The notes beneath the pieces are model-generated. The model did no database searches. It saw nothing but the letters and a program-made list of their open reading frames with translations, and was not told the origin of the DNA. From Phoronis australis (lineage: Eukaryota; Animalia; Phoronida), in NCBI GenBank assembly GCA_002633005.1, contig NMRA01000434.1:133884-197883 (forward strand): 64,000 nucleotides of DNA, in the 5' to 3' direction. This document shows positions 1-14,928 of this stretch, piece after piece. Every line of letters starts with the position of its first letter. Position 1 is the first letter of the stretch. Position numbers and translations under genes: made by a program.

Positions 1-1039
1 CACTGTTGCAGGATTCATGTAATCACTTTCTGTCTGGAAGATGTCACTAGTGTCTGTGTAGGACACCACATAAACCACATTCTGGAATGACACAACATAG
101 CAATAAACAGTGAAACAGCAAAAAGCTGACAGTAGGCAAATTTATGTAACACCAGAATTAAGAACTAATATTCATGTGAAATGGCTGAATCTGATGTTCG
201 ATCATGTACAGCTAACTGATGTTCCTGTGTTCCTCGGCGGTTTTCAAAAGTTGCAATAGGTGGCACTACTGCATATGATGGCAAAGCCACCATATTTTCA
301 TACAAACATATTCTGTTCAGTGCACTGTTCACAAGAAAAATCTTGAGTAACTCAAGAGCTGTAAAGTCGTAGCAAAAAAATGGATGACACATTCCAGATA
401 GCACTTGAGGAAGATTATTCTTAACGAGTTTCAGAAAGAACTGTTACAGGATTGCTTTGCAAAGTGTAAATTCAAAAAATGGCCATCACATCACCACCTT
501 GTACCTGATTATGACCAAAAAACAATAGGTCTCAAGTTTACGAGAAGGTGCCTGTTGCGTGTGAATTTCAAGTGAATAGGATATTAAGTAATAAACCTGT
601 AATGTGCAAACAAAGAACGATAAAAGAAAAATTACGACTAACTTTAGAAAAAAACACCACAAAGTAAATGGCCTCAATTGATGAAGGATACGTATGACGT
701 GTCTACCAAAGGCTAATTTTACGTCTAAAAAACATGTGAAACTAGGTAAGAGTGTTACCTGAATTATATGTTAATAGCTGGCTTAAGTAATTATGATATG
801 GTTTGTACATCTAATTTATTTACATTATCAAGACTGACATGAGTTAGTGGTTAGACAGCCTCTGGAATCATAGTGAAAAAGTGACCAAAAACAATTTTTG
901 TTCCACAGATTGAAGGACTACATTTCGACACAAAAAAAAACTGAGACTAAAGTGCCATTTACACTATAAAAGTTGACACAGGTTGCTTGTCAACTATAGT
1001 TAACGCAAAACTGGGGCAAGGCAGCAGGGATCATCTCAT

Positions 1040-1082
1040 ACATACACACACACGCACCCACACGCACTCACGCACACACACT
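1040..1082. repeat. Imperfect (CA)n microsatellite
   Basis: acatacacacacacgcacccacacgcactcacgcacacacac. Confidence 0.8.
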
Positions 1083-2174
1083 TACAGGTGACTTTGATTT
1101 TCTGGCAATTTCTACAATTTGCCAATCTGCTGTTCAGTGCCTTGTTTTTTAACATTAACCCCGACGATTTATTTTGTCAGGAAATTGTCAGAATATCGCT
1201 ATCACTTAACACTCAAGACTGGGTTTGTAATTGAGAAAAAGGAACATTTCTGCAGAGAATCAAACTCTGAAAAAGCACTCTTCTGTAGCCACCCTCTGTT
1301 TATGGTGTTATTTCACTGCTATAAGGTTCATACAATGAACTCCTAGCTCCATACCACAGTGGTTTAACATGATCATTAGATTATCAGGTGTGTATTGACT
1401 CAGCTTAGTCATAAATTACAAACACAAATGGACCTTTTGATAACACAAGCTGCAGGAGTTACATGTAATCTAGAGCTTTTAAAAGAAGCTATTTTTGAAT
1501 CTCAAAGGAATGTTCCCAGTAACAAACACACAAAAGCAATAACACTACCGAAAACTATGTTGCTATGAAAATCTCACATGGCCAAGATCAAATTTTCTGA
1601 CACTTGATAGTTGTGAGAATAACTCCAGTTACTGCAATGAAGAACTTGAGAGATGAATTTTCAATTGCCTCATATTAGTATTATTCAAACACAGACAGGT
1701 ACACCACAAGAAACATTTCCTTGAAAAATCCAACAATAACTACCAAAATTGTCATTTTCCATTTTCAACGGCTTTGATACAAACAGCGCAAACTTTGCCA
1801 AATGCTGTTTTATGATACCTATACATTTCAAATTATGCCAGTAATAGACTAAAAGTATCTTAATCTTTATCAAACAAAAAGAATTTCACTTGTCGGCCAC
1901 ATTGTATGCTAAATAAGTAAAGAATCATCGTACTGTATTACGTTCTCTGATTTTCCATATACGACTTTAAATACATACGACTGTCACATACTGAATGTGT
2001 AAAGGGGTGTTCTGACTCAGATTTTTGAGTCAAAGTTGTATCAAATACAGCATGCCCGATTCTGCTCCAATTTTCATCCGACTCAGAAGTCGTGTAAGAC
2101 AGTCTAGGATCGCTGTATACCGAGTTGTTCAGGACTAGTGTGTACACACTCAGTAGGACTCTAGAACAAATGTC

Positions 2175-2480
2175 CAAATTTGGCTAACTTCGGAACATCA
2201 TCTCACAAATCGGATTCATATGAAATTTTAAGATACTATGCATCATGCACCGCTTTAAAAAAACCTCTGATATGGATAGTTTTTAAAGTATTCCAATTTT
2301 GCACCATTGTTTCACTATAAATGTACCTTTGTTTTTCGCCAAATTTTACTAAAGAGACGGGTCATGTGACCCAGTCAATGGCACATTAGTAAAAAGTAAA
2401 CAAAATCCAATTCTACAGGCTTCCTACTTGAAGAAAATATATACTATACACAGTTAAAATTTACAGTTTTGTAAGAATTT
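2175..2480 (+). mobile_element. Dispersed repeat family copy 1 (probable non-autonomous DNA transposon)
   Basis: aaatttggctaacttc...gattcatatgaaattttaagatactatg recurs in diverged form at ~8390 and ~20190. Confidence 0.6.
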
Positions 2481-5400
2481 GGCAAAATACATAGACAGGT
2501 CAATAAGGTCATTCATAGCATCTCTGGTTTGGTTTGGTTTGGTTTCAACTCCAGACAACAGCAGATTTCGGAATACAAGCCAGTCTAGATCAATTTATTT
2601 CATTGTTCAGCTTTCAGTATTCTCTTTGTCTGGCATCACAATTGAAAGGCCAATTATCTACCACCCTTCAAAGAGTTGCTAAAACCATTCATCAACTGGT
2701 ACTATCTATTCTAGATTATCCCATTTCTTCCAGTGAAAACGATTCAAACTTACTCTTTTTACAAGAAATTCTTCCGAAAATCACCAGTTTTAGTCCATGA
2801 AACATAAATTTATTTTAGCCACATGTTTTCTTGGTGTGTAAAGAGCCATTTCTAATGACAACAGAAATCCCCTAACAGACAGTTTCATGGTCCATACACA
2901 CATACCTTCAGGGAACCTCCCTAACCTGTTATTTTACTTCAGTGCCTTTTAATATTAACTGTATGTCTGGTAAATAAAAGCAACTTCCACAACAAACATT
3001 GACCAGAGAGTTTTCAAAGACAGCAAGAACTGTTATCAACATGGCACTTCCAAATTTTGATTTTTTTTAAAAAGAAATGGTAACACCATATCGACCACAG
3101 TTATCAACACTTCAAAAAAAAAAAACGATCACAACTAACTCCTTACGTCAGACCTCCTCTCTCATAAAATTCTTTCAAAAGCGTTAATTTTCATCTCCCT
3201 ATGATTTCCACAACCACTTTCCCTACAGTTCTTGAGGTCAGTGTGCGTAAATAAGGTCAGTACTATAAATGACTGATACAGAATAGGATGTACACAGCCA
3301 AGACTTAGGTATGCTCTCAACCAGTGTGTCCCCTTACCTGGTCATGTTGCGCCAGCCAGTTAGGTATCTTGGGCTGGCTGTGTCGGTCAGACCTCACACG
3401 TTCCATCCCTCTAGTTTTTCACAACAGCACACCTCTCGTGGTCCCTGCAACAGCAAAAGGCTCTAGTGTGCATCCAAATCAAAAATGACCCAGTGATGAG
3501 TATCTGGAGTATTGGTATCATCCACAGACACTGAGTGACCTGTGATATATAGCTAAGATCGCCACTATGTGGTTTGGAGAGCTGCTTGCACTTTTGAAGT
3601 GGAATGAGATTACAGTCACCACAGAGATGGCGATATCGGAACCATCCGGAATGTTTTAATAACATTTAATTATATTTACGTAGTTCTTTAGTCATGCTTA
3701 AAAACACTCGATAACTAGTGTTCTGTAGATGACTAACCTTAAACAGACAAGGCAATAAAAATAAAACACAAAATCTCGTGGTGAGCAAGATATTCGGAAA
3801 CCTTTGCCAACCATGAAACAGGAAGAAAACAACAAGACATTAAAAAAATACATTAAATGCTGATAAACCATGTGGTCTCCTCAATTCTGCAATATAAGGC
3901 CAATTACATCCATGTGAGTCCACTGAGCACCCCACATCATCATGAAAGCTTTGGCAAAGCGCCAACAAGCATTGGTGTGCAGCCATCTAAAAATGTTATT
4001 CTGTTAACAATGGAGTCATGAGCAATTACGCTGTCTGACATGGCTGGATTCAGCATTAATTCATGGTTTAAGTGTTGTTATCCCTAATTCAATCCTTGGA
4101 AACTTTTAACCTGCTTAGAAAATGTACAATTAAAATGCAAATCCTCTGAGGTGTTTTGGCAATATTTTAAAGCTAACTCTTGAATTTATTTTGAAGCTGG
4201 GAACTTCCGTGAATGCGATTTTAGTTCAAGCTGTTTAGACAAACATCCAAACAAACAAAAAACAGTTTTTGGCAAACTTTTTAAAAACCCTAAAAATCCC
4301 CAAGTAAACAGCACAAATTCATGTTTTGCTAATTCAGTGTTAGGAACGTTTGGATTACCGAGACAATTTTTTCTCACAGGAGTTATTTCAAAAACATAAT
4401 CAATGTACATTCAAATGCCCATGATATATGAAAACACATGGGTTGTGTTACGTCGACACAAGACACGCGACGAAAACCTAGCGGGATCACATGCTTCGCT
4501 TGTAATGCTTGGCGACATCTCGCAAGGACTAACATGATCTTGTGTTTTTGTGAATTTCTTGCATCTAGGCAATGCAGCCCTGGGGATCGTTTCATGAAAA
4601 AAAATTGAGATTTAAGACAAAAATTTGATCTGACAATCCACACAACTTAGTATGAAAAATAATAAAATCTCACAACATACAAAAGTCCAGGCTCTAAGAA
4701 TATAGTTACACATAATTGTTAGTTACTGATACAATTTCTCACTAATTTCTAGACTGTGATACGCTTGTAATTACTTGGCTGAAGCCCCTTTTCAGCAATT
4801 GTGAGTTAGGAGCATAAGACCTACTTTCTGTCTTAGGAGTCTTCAGTCACTTTCATGAAGCAAATTCATGCCCATTCCACCTTTTGAATTCAGCCATAAT
4901 TCATCCAAAATGTTTCATGCAGTCCGTTGACTGAAGACATTTACAAAACTTATTTGCAAGTAACACAGAAGTAAATTGTCCTTATTACATGTTCCAATAA
5001 CCAAATAGAATGGTTGTAGGTCGATTCCAGTTCACCTTTTTTCAAAGCTTTTAACTCAGATAGTTCCATAATCATCCGCAAAGTAAAAGCCCAAGTGTAG
5101 AAAATAATCAGAGCTTGGAATTTTCCTCTTATTTGAATTCCAGTTTCCGTTTTTCTCATCTTTTTTATCACCATTTTGACTTTATTCATGAAAAAACGTT
5201 TCATTTCAGTTAAATTTTAGGACACAAAAATACTTCTATCACATAAGCCTACTTATTTGATGAACGATATCTCAACTGAAAATTTTCCTTTTTTTGTCAT
5301 TGGTCATTCCAAGCCCTGAATAATATTATTGGTTAAGAATTTTCAAAATGTTTAATGTTAGATATGCTAAAAAGCTGTGAAACGTCTGTTTGTACTGGAA

Positions 5401-7074
5401 CGCATTGGTCTCAAAGTGTTAAACAATAGCAGTTAATTCTTCACTTCTTCAGCTCACAATATGACGGATGTGCAAAATTCTATTTTGTCAAAATTTCCTT
5501 ACAAAAATAAATATTAAGAAATTTTACTGTATTGCTACCGTAGTTTGAACTGTGAAGATGTCATGAAACAACATTTCCATTATTTGTAGGAAAGTACTAC
5601 ACCTTCTTTGAAAAGATGGAAAATGACAACTTTGTCAATTCTCCTAATGCAAAATAAGTGCTGAATTACAGCACTACCAGAAACACGCAGGTTAACGCCC
5701 ATGCCCGCGTAATTGGCCACCTCTGACTTAGCCAAATTTCGATGGAAGCGCCTACTGTTTGGGCAAATTCTGGGTAGATCCATATTTGAATCTAGCAATT
5801 AATCACAACCCTCTCGTTGCAACTACAAATATTGGGTTGGGCCTGGAACGAATCGTCCGTGATTTTAACCAAGCGTACAAAATGTAGTCATGTTCACTGA
5901 TCTGAAACAGTACTTGCTGTTACGGTAAGTGGAGTGCCATTGGAGTTTCATAAACTTCCGCGGTATGACATTTTGCAGTGCGTTGATATATTTGAAAACA
6001 TCCGAGTTTTTTAACAACAGTCTCGCGAAACCACCCATTCAAAGTCGAAATACTGTTTCTGTTTAAACCGTGAGAAACTTTGCGGTTGTCGGGTTCCACT
6101 GATTGACCAAACCTACAAATTCCGTACTCGAATGAACACTCCGCGCGCTTGCCTATTTCAGCAAAATTTCGACGTAAGCAGCCACTGCTTGAGTAATCCC
6201 CCACCCTCCTGTCTTAGGGTTTTCCCGGCTAATTTAAGCACCCAAGACGATAACCTGCGAGTTTACAGTATTTCAATATGGTTTTAGAACTGCTTGGCTG
6301 AATCAGGAAGTTGGTGACGAAATATTATTTATCTAAAAATTTAAGCAACGTATGAAGACAGTGACATGCAACACTTGAGAAGAGTCAAAGTTCAGATGTG
6401 TCAATTTGCCAAAAGGGAAGAGATGTTGCAACGCACCATTCAGCGTTAATATAATTCCTATGAGCAGGACCCTCTATAAAAGCATGTGTCATCTGATTTA
6501 TTTCATTTTTTCGTTTAATCTGTCTGTGTCATCATGTTCTGCCAACCTCACCGATCTCCCGAGTCCCAAAGAGATGATATCAACACATCATGCGAGGAGC
6601 ACGTGTCACAGTGATGTAGTTCCTTATTAAGGAAATGTCAAATCCGTCTGCTTACTTTATAGTCAATCCAGTAGTTAAACTTCCGAGGTGTTCGTGACTG
6701 CAAATTCATTCATTTCAGAAGCCCCGAGAATATTATAATGCATTCAGACACAAACAAACTATAATTGACGCAGACCCTGTCGCAAGCAGTCATGAGTGTC
6801 CAGCCCAGTCAATCATATGTCAACTTAGAGAAAGAAACTATTGAAATAAGGATTCAAAACTTGTATACCATGAGACTTCAGGAAATCCTAATGTAACACT
6901 GATTAATTGTATTTGTTAAATGTTTGCTCACATGGACATTGCAGAGTGGGAACTCTAGAGGTTGGATTGTGATCGGTCATTGCCACAGCCGGTGCTACTG
7001 GTACACCTGATTCAATAGTGGTGAGCAGCTCAAGTCAACTTGCAGTGTTACATGAAATGGCCAATCCACTTTCA

Positions 7075-8300
7075 GTACTATGGAAAGCCAAGGCAGAAAA
7101 ATTCTAAGGCATAAAACTTCTATATTTTTAATCAAGAATTAACTTCTCTACGGGCCCATAAAAATATAATCAAAACCAAAATTTATTGAGCCAGGACCAA
7201 AATTTAAGACATCGGACACAAAATTTGTAATGCCAGGACACAAAATTTGTCACGTCAGGATATAGAATTTCTCTCCAGAAGATTTCTTGCCAGGTCAAAA
7301 TTTCATGCCAGGAAAAAATTTCTTGGCAGGATAAAATTTCATGCCAGGACAAAATTTCATGCCAGGAGACCACGTGGCAATGACGATCCAATGTGTCTCT
7401 GTAATACTCAGCCACATTCAAGTCTATACATTGGCTTCTGTTGTAAAATGTGGAAGAGACAACAGAAATTGAACCTTATTGTCACAATAATGTAACTGTT
7501 GTCGGCGAGACATGGTGTAACTATGAAGTCATCTCTTCGTGGATGGTCACTAGCCTTGTCCCCAAGCCTCATGATGGCGCTGATCGGTTTAGCCATTTGA
7601 GGATGGGTTATAGGAACTGCGTTCTATGCAATGATTGACCGCTGCCTCGACGTCACTATACAACAAAGGCAAATTTTAATTTTTTCACAGGCATTGTTGC
7701 TGGCATCCATGAAGCAAAAGGCATTGTTTTGGTTATTGTTTGAAATAAAGGTTGTTTGTGTACTTGTTTTCACTTCTTTTTCATTAAGAGTATCATAGAA
7801 ATTAATCTGTTTTCGATTCAAAATACATCACTTTTGCAATAATTTAAAACTAAATTGCTGCAATATACCATTAGTTTTAATTTTGATTTGAAACTGCAAA
7901 AAATTCAAAATTACATTACTCATGATATTCCGGCGATTTCCGTTATAATGTGTCAGAATTCTGACACATTTCATTTCCCATAACCAAGCCTCAAATGGCT
8001 AAATGGATCAGCACCATCTTGTGGCTTGGGGACGAGGCTGGGATGGTCACGTGTTCTCCTGGCATGAAATTTTCTTGACATGTGAAAATTTCCTAACAAA
8101 TTTTGGCCCTGTCGTGATAAATTATAGGCCCTGGCATGATAAATTTTGGTTTGAGTACATTTTTTCTGGTCCTGCAGAGAATTTAATTCTTGAATAGAAC
8201 ATTGGTGTCCTGGAATTTTTTTCGCTTTGGCTTTCCATACAGTACAGGCTTTCCATACAGTACAGGCTTTCCATACTGTACAGGCTTTCCATACTGTACA
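7075..8300. mobile_element. Degenerate foldback/long-TIR element with internal 18-bp repeats
   Basis: 7075-7378 is an inverted copy of ~8050-8245, and 7545-7615 is an inverted copy of 7975-8050. The left arm has AAAATTTCATGCCAGGAC-like 18-mers. The right end has four tandem GGCTTTCCATAC(A/T)GTACA units (8229-8300). Confidence 0.75.
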
Positions 8301-8389
8301 GGCATATGCATGCATGAACAGATTTGTTAAACTGCAAAAACTTTTTGTTCAGTGTAAACTCAAGTTTTAATATGTAGAAGCCGAAACTT

Positions 8390-8800
8390 AGATAATCTGG
8401 CCAACCTCAGAATACGGAATGGGTAATTAGATTCATACGAAACTTTGAGATACTATGCTTTAATTATTCAGTGTTTGTTAAACCACTGCTAGGAATTGTT
8501 TTTAAAATGTTTCATTTTTGTATGAGGGGCTATAAAAATTGACTTTATGAAATGAAATCAAAACAATAATTTAGAAAACTATAACAGCCTTCTTGAGATT
8601 TTAATGTGAGCATTTGGTCCTGTTAATAATGCCATTGTGCTTTTGATGTACTTTCTTTTTTTGCTAAATTTTATAACTAAAAAGACATGTTCATCTGAGC
8701 CAATTAATATCAGATTGGTAAAAAGTCAAAAATAAAATTTTACAAACTTTCTACTTTTACTAAGTTAAAATCAAGTTTTGTGATTATTTGGCAAAATACA
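8390..8800 (+). mobile_element. Dispersed repeat family copy 2
   Basis: Colinear similarity to 20190-20650 (gattc..gaaacttt..tactatgctt; ggaattgtttttaaaatgtt; aaagtcaaaaa..ttctacttt). Confidence 0.65.
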
Positions 8801-11569
8801 CAGACTCGTGGTCTTGTCGATACAGTCATACATTAACCTTATATTTTAATGTGGGCCGGAGGCCTTTTTACATGAATAACTACATATATACATTATACCT
8901 ATACATATGTAGGCTGAGAACTTAAGCTTTTCAGGTGAGAGAAATCAACTCAAGTTGATAAACAATCATTATATTCTGAGTAAAATGAAACAGGCTAATG
9001 TAAACAATTACCAAAAGTTCAGTTAGCGATAAATGACCTGTTCAGCCACTAGGCGGTCCTGAGGCGGAAATACACACGAGAACATGAAATGGAAGTTCTT
9101 AGCATGAGCCTTTGACATACACTTTCCTAGCTGATTACAAAATCAAGACTCAGCGGACTCTCTATTAAAAAGGAAGGGGGGGGGGGGGTATTTCTTCACT
9201 TGTTTAATGCTACAAAACAAAATTTGGTAAGGGGTTTCATTATTTATAGAGATGTAATGGCCTTTTGAAAAAAGGAACGACAATTTTGGAACAATTACAC
9301 TTGTGCAAAACAAGGAGAATTATCGTGACATCTGATACAATTATCAAATGACAATATTTAAAGCTTCATTTTGCCTTGTTTAGCTGCCTACAAATTGAAT
9401 ATTGGACGGCATTTTACTTTCATAAAATCAATCTCCTAATGTTCCTTACCGTGACAGGATTCTATTTCCATTGCCAACAAGGACATGGAAACAGCGGAGG
9501 ACATCAGGAAGCACTTCATGGGAAATGGGTGTACTTCACTTGCAATTGTGGCTATAAACCTGTGACGTTGTCCCAAAAAATGCCCAAAATTGGAACACTT
9601 TGTTATGTTCACTAAATTGAGACACCACAAAAATCAGATCAGGAGAAATTCGCCTAAGAACAACTTTTAGCATTGTCATAATTCGTAAATGTCTACTGGA
9701 AAAGACAAGATTTCATCTGCGTCTATTCACCTTAGATTGGCTATGCTGCATGGTGTCTACTTGCAAAAAGTACAACTCTTATCACAAGAAGGGCACACTT
9801 ATGGGAAAACTTGAACAACATCCTTGTTAGAACACATGCATCACTGACCATTAATTCCAGGTGTGCTACAGAGGTCAACAGTCTTATGCAATATACCAAT
9901 AAAGGGCTCACTGCAGCATGAAGAATCTGCAAGCATATCTTTGTCAATCTGATACCAAACATTGAGCTGTTTTTGAGATCACACTAACTTACTGAACACA
10001 TTGAACTTGCTAGGTGCAACTATATTCGCTTAAAGTTTTGTAGGACCTTATCGACAAATCTCTTTTAGACAAATATCTAAAATATCGTAGAAATTAGTTT
10101 TGAAAAAAATTATCTTCAGAAAGCAGAAAGCCTGTACACTGACTTTTAACTTCACATGAATCTGTCGTTAAAGGAGAAGGCAACCTTTTATCATGTCATC
10201 TTTAGTAAAAATGTGGTTCACTGATTATCGCAAACATATGTTTCAGTTAATTACGGCTTCCCGTAATTTTATGAATTAATCATGTCCTACTCTGCCAGTG
10301 ACATTTAAGGGGTTAAAAATTTCCCGCCATTTTGTTCTGCATTTGTTTTAACTGTAAGGATCTGTTGTACTGTTGTTATGTAATGGTTTCTTAACTTTGT
10401 CGTCACCACTTCCCATTGATGAGTTTTCTACGAAAAACTAAGTTGTTAGAGAACTCAATTACGTCGGATTTAGGAATTGTTTAATTTGTAGTAGCCTATA
10501 AATGACCGGAGTCGGCGATCCATATCACAGACACAGTGACGTGGTGATGAGGAACTTTTTTGCAAACAGTCAGTGAGTAGATATATATGTTTGAGCCGAG
10601 TTTAGTGAGGCAAAATACGCACAGACAGCTGTTGAGAGGTATGAGACAGAGACCGAGGACAGACAGGCACCACAGCGGGCTGTTTACATACCGTACTAAC
10701 ATCATGCCTCATCTTCAGGAGAGTATACGCTTTTGATACTTGCCAATAACACTACATTACAACATTTGGTCAGAAACTGGTTTTGCATCTCATAGGTACT
10801 AACTGTCTTTTAGAAGGTAATGTCTATGATTTTTGTATGGGCACACATTTTCAATCTTATGCAAAATTTCAAAATTGTTGCATTTGCGAGTGATGCCTTT
10901 GCTGGAGTCGCATGAAACCGACTGCAAACCTCGTCATCTTGAGAACATTGCCATGTGACACTTGGCGAGCTGTAATTACGCTAAGCACGTTGCATTATTG
11001 ACCTAGTTTTTTAAATGGACGGCCGCTAACACACTTATGAGCTGAGTCAGACAATCGGACTCACTCAGCTATTCAAATTTTTTATGTAGACCTGCTTTGC
11101 AGCTCGCTGTACTACAGCAAAACTTTATTTGCAACAGAATGACAAATAGCAAACTAACTAGGTGAGAAAAATATTTTTACATAAATTAGCTGTATCAAGC
11201 ATTCATACCGTCTTAGCTCGCAGTAGTAAACAGATGCTCTGCTGCTGATATAAATCCTACGCCTATTAAAGAAGAAAACTTTTAAGAGTATTTAAATGGC
11301 AAAAACACTAGCCTTGACTTCAGTGAATGTCTGGCGGACGATGAGAGACCTACAAGAATCGATGAGAGACGAAGAATCCGGGATTTCTAATAAAATCACA
11401 ATACACAATTGGATTTCATTCTCATATGGCTCTGACTAAAGCTAACAACTTCAGGATGTGTCTATCCCACCCAACAATAATCCCAAAAATGCATTGTTGG
11501 CAGTAAACTGTGATTATGTCCCTTAGAAAGGAAAACAGTTAGCACAGCAGTAGGGCAGAAATGTGGCAG

Positions 11570-11640
11570 GTGCCTCACACACAGCATTCTGGGTAAATAC
11601 AGCATGTGCCTCACACATAGCATTCTGGGTAAATACAGTG
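11570..11640. repeat. Tandem duplication, two ~35-bp units
   Basis: gtgcctcacaca(c/t)agcattctgggtaaatacag repeated twice. Confidence 0.85.
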
Positions 11641-12486
11641 AATTCTCACCAGCTTGGGACACAATATGCGAACAAGTGAAATTTTGCTTTTACTTCTTAT
11701 TATTTTATAAATCACCCACAGTACCAAAATATTGCTTTGTCATATCCAACTTCTGTACTATAACCACCCATAAAAAATGTTTTGAAAAAAATTGGCCATT
11801 CACGTCAAACATAATAGACTTTGAAAATCAAAAGCACAACTTTGCTAATTATTTTTGTCCCAAACTCAGTAAGATTTTACAAAACCAAAGAATTAATGAT
11901 GGCCCTGGGAAGTGGCTCAATGTGCCAGGATGGGACACTGAGTAAACAACAGTAAGGTTTGTTCTTGTTATACTAGTTCATCCACACATCCTAAATAGCT
12001 TAACAACATCAAAAGGTTCATTGAAGCTGTTTAATCACTACATCTTGGGCCCATGTCAGCATGAACTGTTTGTATTATGTAATGTTAGTGGGTATGTTAT
12101 TCATACTAATGTGTCAACCATAGCCCTGATCAATAGCAGAACTGTCAGCCAGTTCAATGAGATGTATAATTAATTTTCATCTGATACCTAATATAAACAC
12201 TTCAGACAGTGAAATGGTTGGATGTTGATAGGATCTTTGAAATCTGGTAAAATTTGAAGACAATTTCATGAGCAATGACAACTGCACACTAAGGGGAAAG
12301 TAATTTCATCTCTGGAGTTTTTAATCATTTGACATTGTCCCGAGTACCCACTCCCCTCCACTTCTGAATTCACAATGAAACACTCCATAACAATTGTGAA
12401 AGATGTGAAGATGAATAAGGGAATCAACCTAAGACTAGATACCCACCCTGCACCACATGGTAGTGTTATTGTGGAAAATGCCCTGT

Positions 12487-12566
12487 CATGGGCAGCGCAG
12501 CACTGAAATGTGTGGACGGCTTTGCGGGGGCCCCCCCTCCCCGCCCCCTATGGTGCGCCGCCCATG
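12487..12566. mobile_element. Small MITE with CATGGGC...GCCCATG termini
   Basis: catgggcagcgca ... tgcgccgcccatg around a G/C-run core. A related copy lies at 56948-57018. Confidence 0.55.
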
Positions 12567-12614
12567 CCTATGAACATGATCTGTGCTATTAGCAATTAAT
12601 GCATCTGTATTTCT

Positions 12615-12835
12615 GTTCAATAAATTACCATGTTCAGAATGTTTAATACGGAGACGTTTACTCACGTTCTATATTGGCGTGGTGGCAGTGTACTTTATGG
12701 ACATATTCACCTCCAGCAAAATTTTCAATAAATTACCATAATCAGTACATTTAATACAGAGATGTTTACTCACTTACATTCTATATTGGGGTGGTGGCAG
12801 TGTACTTTATGGCCTTAGTCACCTCCACCAAATAT
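12615..12835. repeat. Diverged tandem duplication (~110 bp x2)
   Basis: ttcaataaattaccat...tttaatac.gaga.gtttactcac...ctatattgg.gtggtggcagtgtactttatgg...cacctcca.caaa occurs twice. Confidence 0.85.
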
Positions 12836-14928
12836 TTCAGTGTAACTCTTTCTTAATTAGAAACTAAACCTATTTTTTCAAAATCTAGAAACATTATATG
12901 GCAAATCATAACGGAACCAGTAAACATGACCTGTGGACCAACAGAACCTAACTCATACTTATGGTTGAGCCACTTCCTCAGAAATACTTTATAATAACAA
13001 ACCAACATAATGTCAGAGATAACCATCTCATCAGCACCAGACATCTACTCACCTATACTTAGGAGTACCAAAATTTAACACATGCCATCAAAGTTCAATG
13101 AAATTCTAAAATAAGATTAGAGAGCAGACTAAGCTTTACAAAATAAACAGTGCTGTAATGCTGTGGCTTAGCTCCACTCTTTGTATGTTACAATAATACA
13201 GGCATTGCAGTTTTGTAGACAGAGGCTAGACTTCCTGCAGAATGGCGAAACAATAAGCATCTTATGTATGTGCATTAGAGGACAAATTCAAGTCACAATA
13301 AATAATGGCTGACCCTAATTTAAAAGGATAAAGGTTTATTCAAGGCATGTTTACTCCTGATATATGTGAGGAATACTTTGTTACAAACATGACAAAAGAC
13401 AAATAAAAAATGTAAGGCAGTCTTACCTTGATTCTAGTGGGAATAATGTTTAAGCTAAAGTCAACTGAATATTTTGCATACCGTGGAACCCCATACATGG
13501 TGTCTTGAATAGGCAACCAATCTCAAATAAGGATCGTACTGCCTTAGTGACGAAAATCATCAGGCATTTTAGTGTAAAACATGAAGTTATTAATTGAAGT
13601 GGTTGGCCAGCTATTAACCCATGTTAGATTCATCTCAAGAGCCGAAATTCTGATTTGGACCACATAAAACTGGTTAGTCAGCTTGCATGCTCAGATTAGA
13701 AGATTTACAATGAAATGACAGAATGTTATTACTTGAGACCCTGCTCAGCACACTGACATGACCCTGACAAGCCAATGTGTAGAGCCAAAAGCCCTGAAAT
13801 CACCAGCAATTAGACTAAGGAACAATTTGTGACTTTAATACTGATTAACGAAAGTAGGCAGTTGCCTAAACAGTATGAATCAAAAGTTAGTTTCTGTGGA
13901 GGGAGGCAGATTTAATAGTCATTTAGCATGGTATCCCACAAATAACCAATGTAACTACCAAACAAACATGATGGAAAAAAATAAGACCAATGTGATGGAA
14001 AATGTAAACACTGATGCTCCCGTATGTTATAAACTATACTTACCTGAAATGCTGCTTTCACACCTGAACTACTAAACTTACTAAAGCCCTAGGTAGTTGA
14101 GACAGCAGTAAAGATCAGTTTACCAAGCAAGGAAGCGTGAGCGGAACGACAGAGGCCTTTGGGCAAGGGTATGTGTAAACATTAATTATGCACCACGACA
14201 CCACATTTTATCACTTTATGATGTGTAATCTTTTGTGGGACCAGTCTGTAATACTAGTGACGGGCGACAACCTGACTCGACTTGTCATGAACGACGTCAA
14301 CACTCAATGACCAAAGAAAGACACAGAAAAGTCACCGACTTGGCAATACGGGTTGGAAGCACTGAGGACCTGTACACTACAGGCAAGCATGGCACGAACA
14401 CCACCAACTCAGTCGAAACGTAACGATGAGAAACACGAGAAGCTAACAGCTGAGCAATTAATGCCAATATTGTTACCGCATCCGAAACTAGACAACAATG
14501 TCAATGTCCACAGCTCGAATATTCAGCTCAGTTTGAGGGTTTGTTTACCGATAGCCTTCTTGACGCAAAGCTGTACATACATGCTAAATATATTTTGACG
14601 ATACCCTTCATACAGCTAGCTCAGTGGCTGGCTAGCTGGCTGTCAACTTTACCGAGTACTTCAAAGAGGGCTTCAATACATTTCACATCCCGCTAGTCAG
14701 AACTTAACAAAAATAAAACTGCGTCGCCTACCTGCCGTTTGCCATTACTATTAGCCTGTTGTATAGGTGTCAACCATGTCAACATTTCCACGTATTTTTT
14801 CACGTGTTCTGTTCCAGAACTTTGACCCTTACCGTTATGTTGTGCCACCTGGTGGCTAATTTGAAAAATATCTATTCAAATGTGAATCGCGCTCAGCAGA
14901 GCCCTTCAGCAGACCTCTGTGCCCGGTT

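Larger units (their letters stand above)
1..14745 (-). other. Possible 5' part of an unidentified spliced gene running off the left end (candidate exons 14732-14745+, 3338-3539, 1-53)
   Basis: Minus-strand splice signals. ATGGCAAACGGCAG|gtaggc at 14745-14732. cacag|...ATG(3406) MERVRSDRHSQPKIPNWLAQHDQ|gtaagg at 3338. cctacacag|(D)TSDIFQTESDYMNPATV at 53-1. Phases cannot be fully joined and no homology was recognised. Confidence 0.3.

Noticed and set aside
3338-3406. MERV... start suggesting an MXD/MXI1 gene, which would fit the synteny idea
   Set aside because: No Sin3-interaction motif (LLEAAEYL) follows, so the four-residue match is likely chance.
7170-8337. ORFs with repeated SWHEIL / CTVWKA peptides
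   Set aside because: These are translations of the 18-bp DNA repeats in the foldback element.
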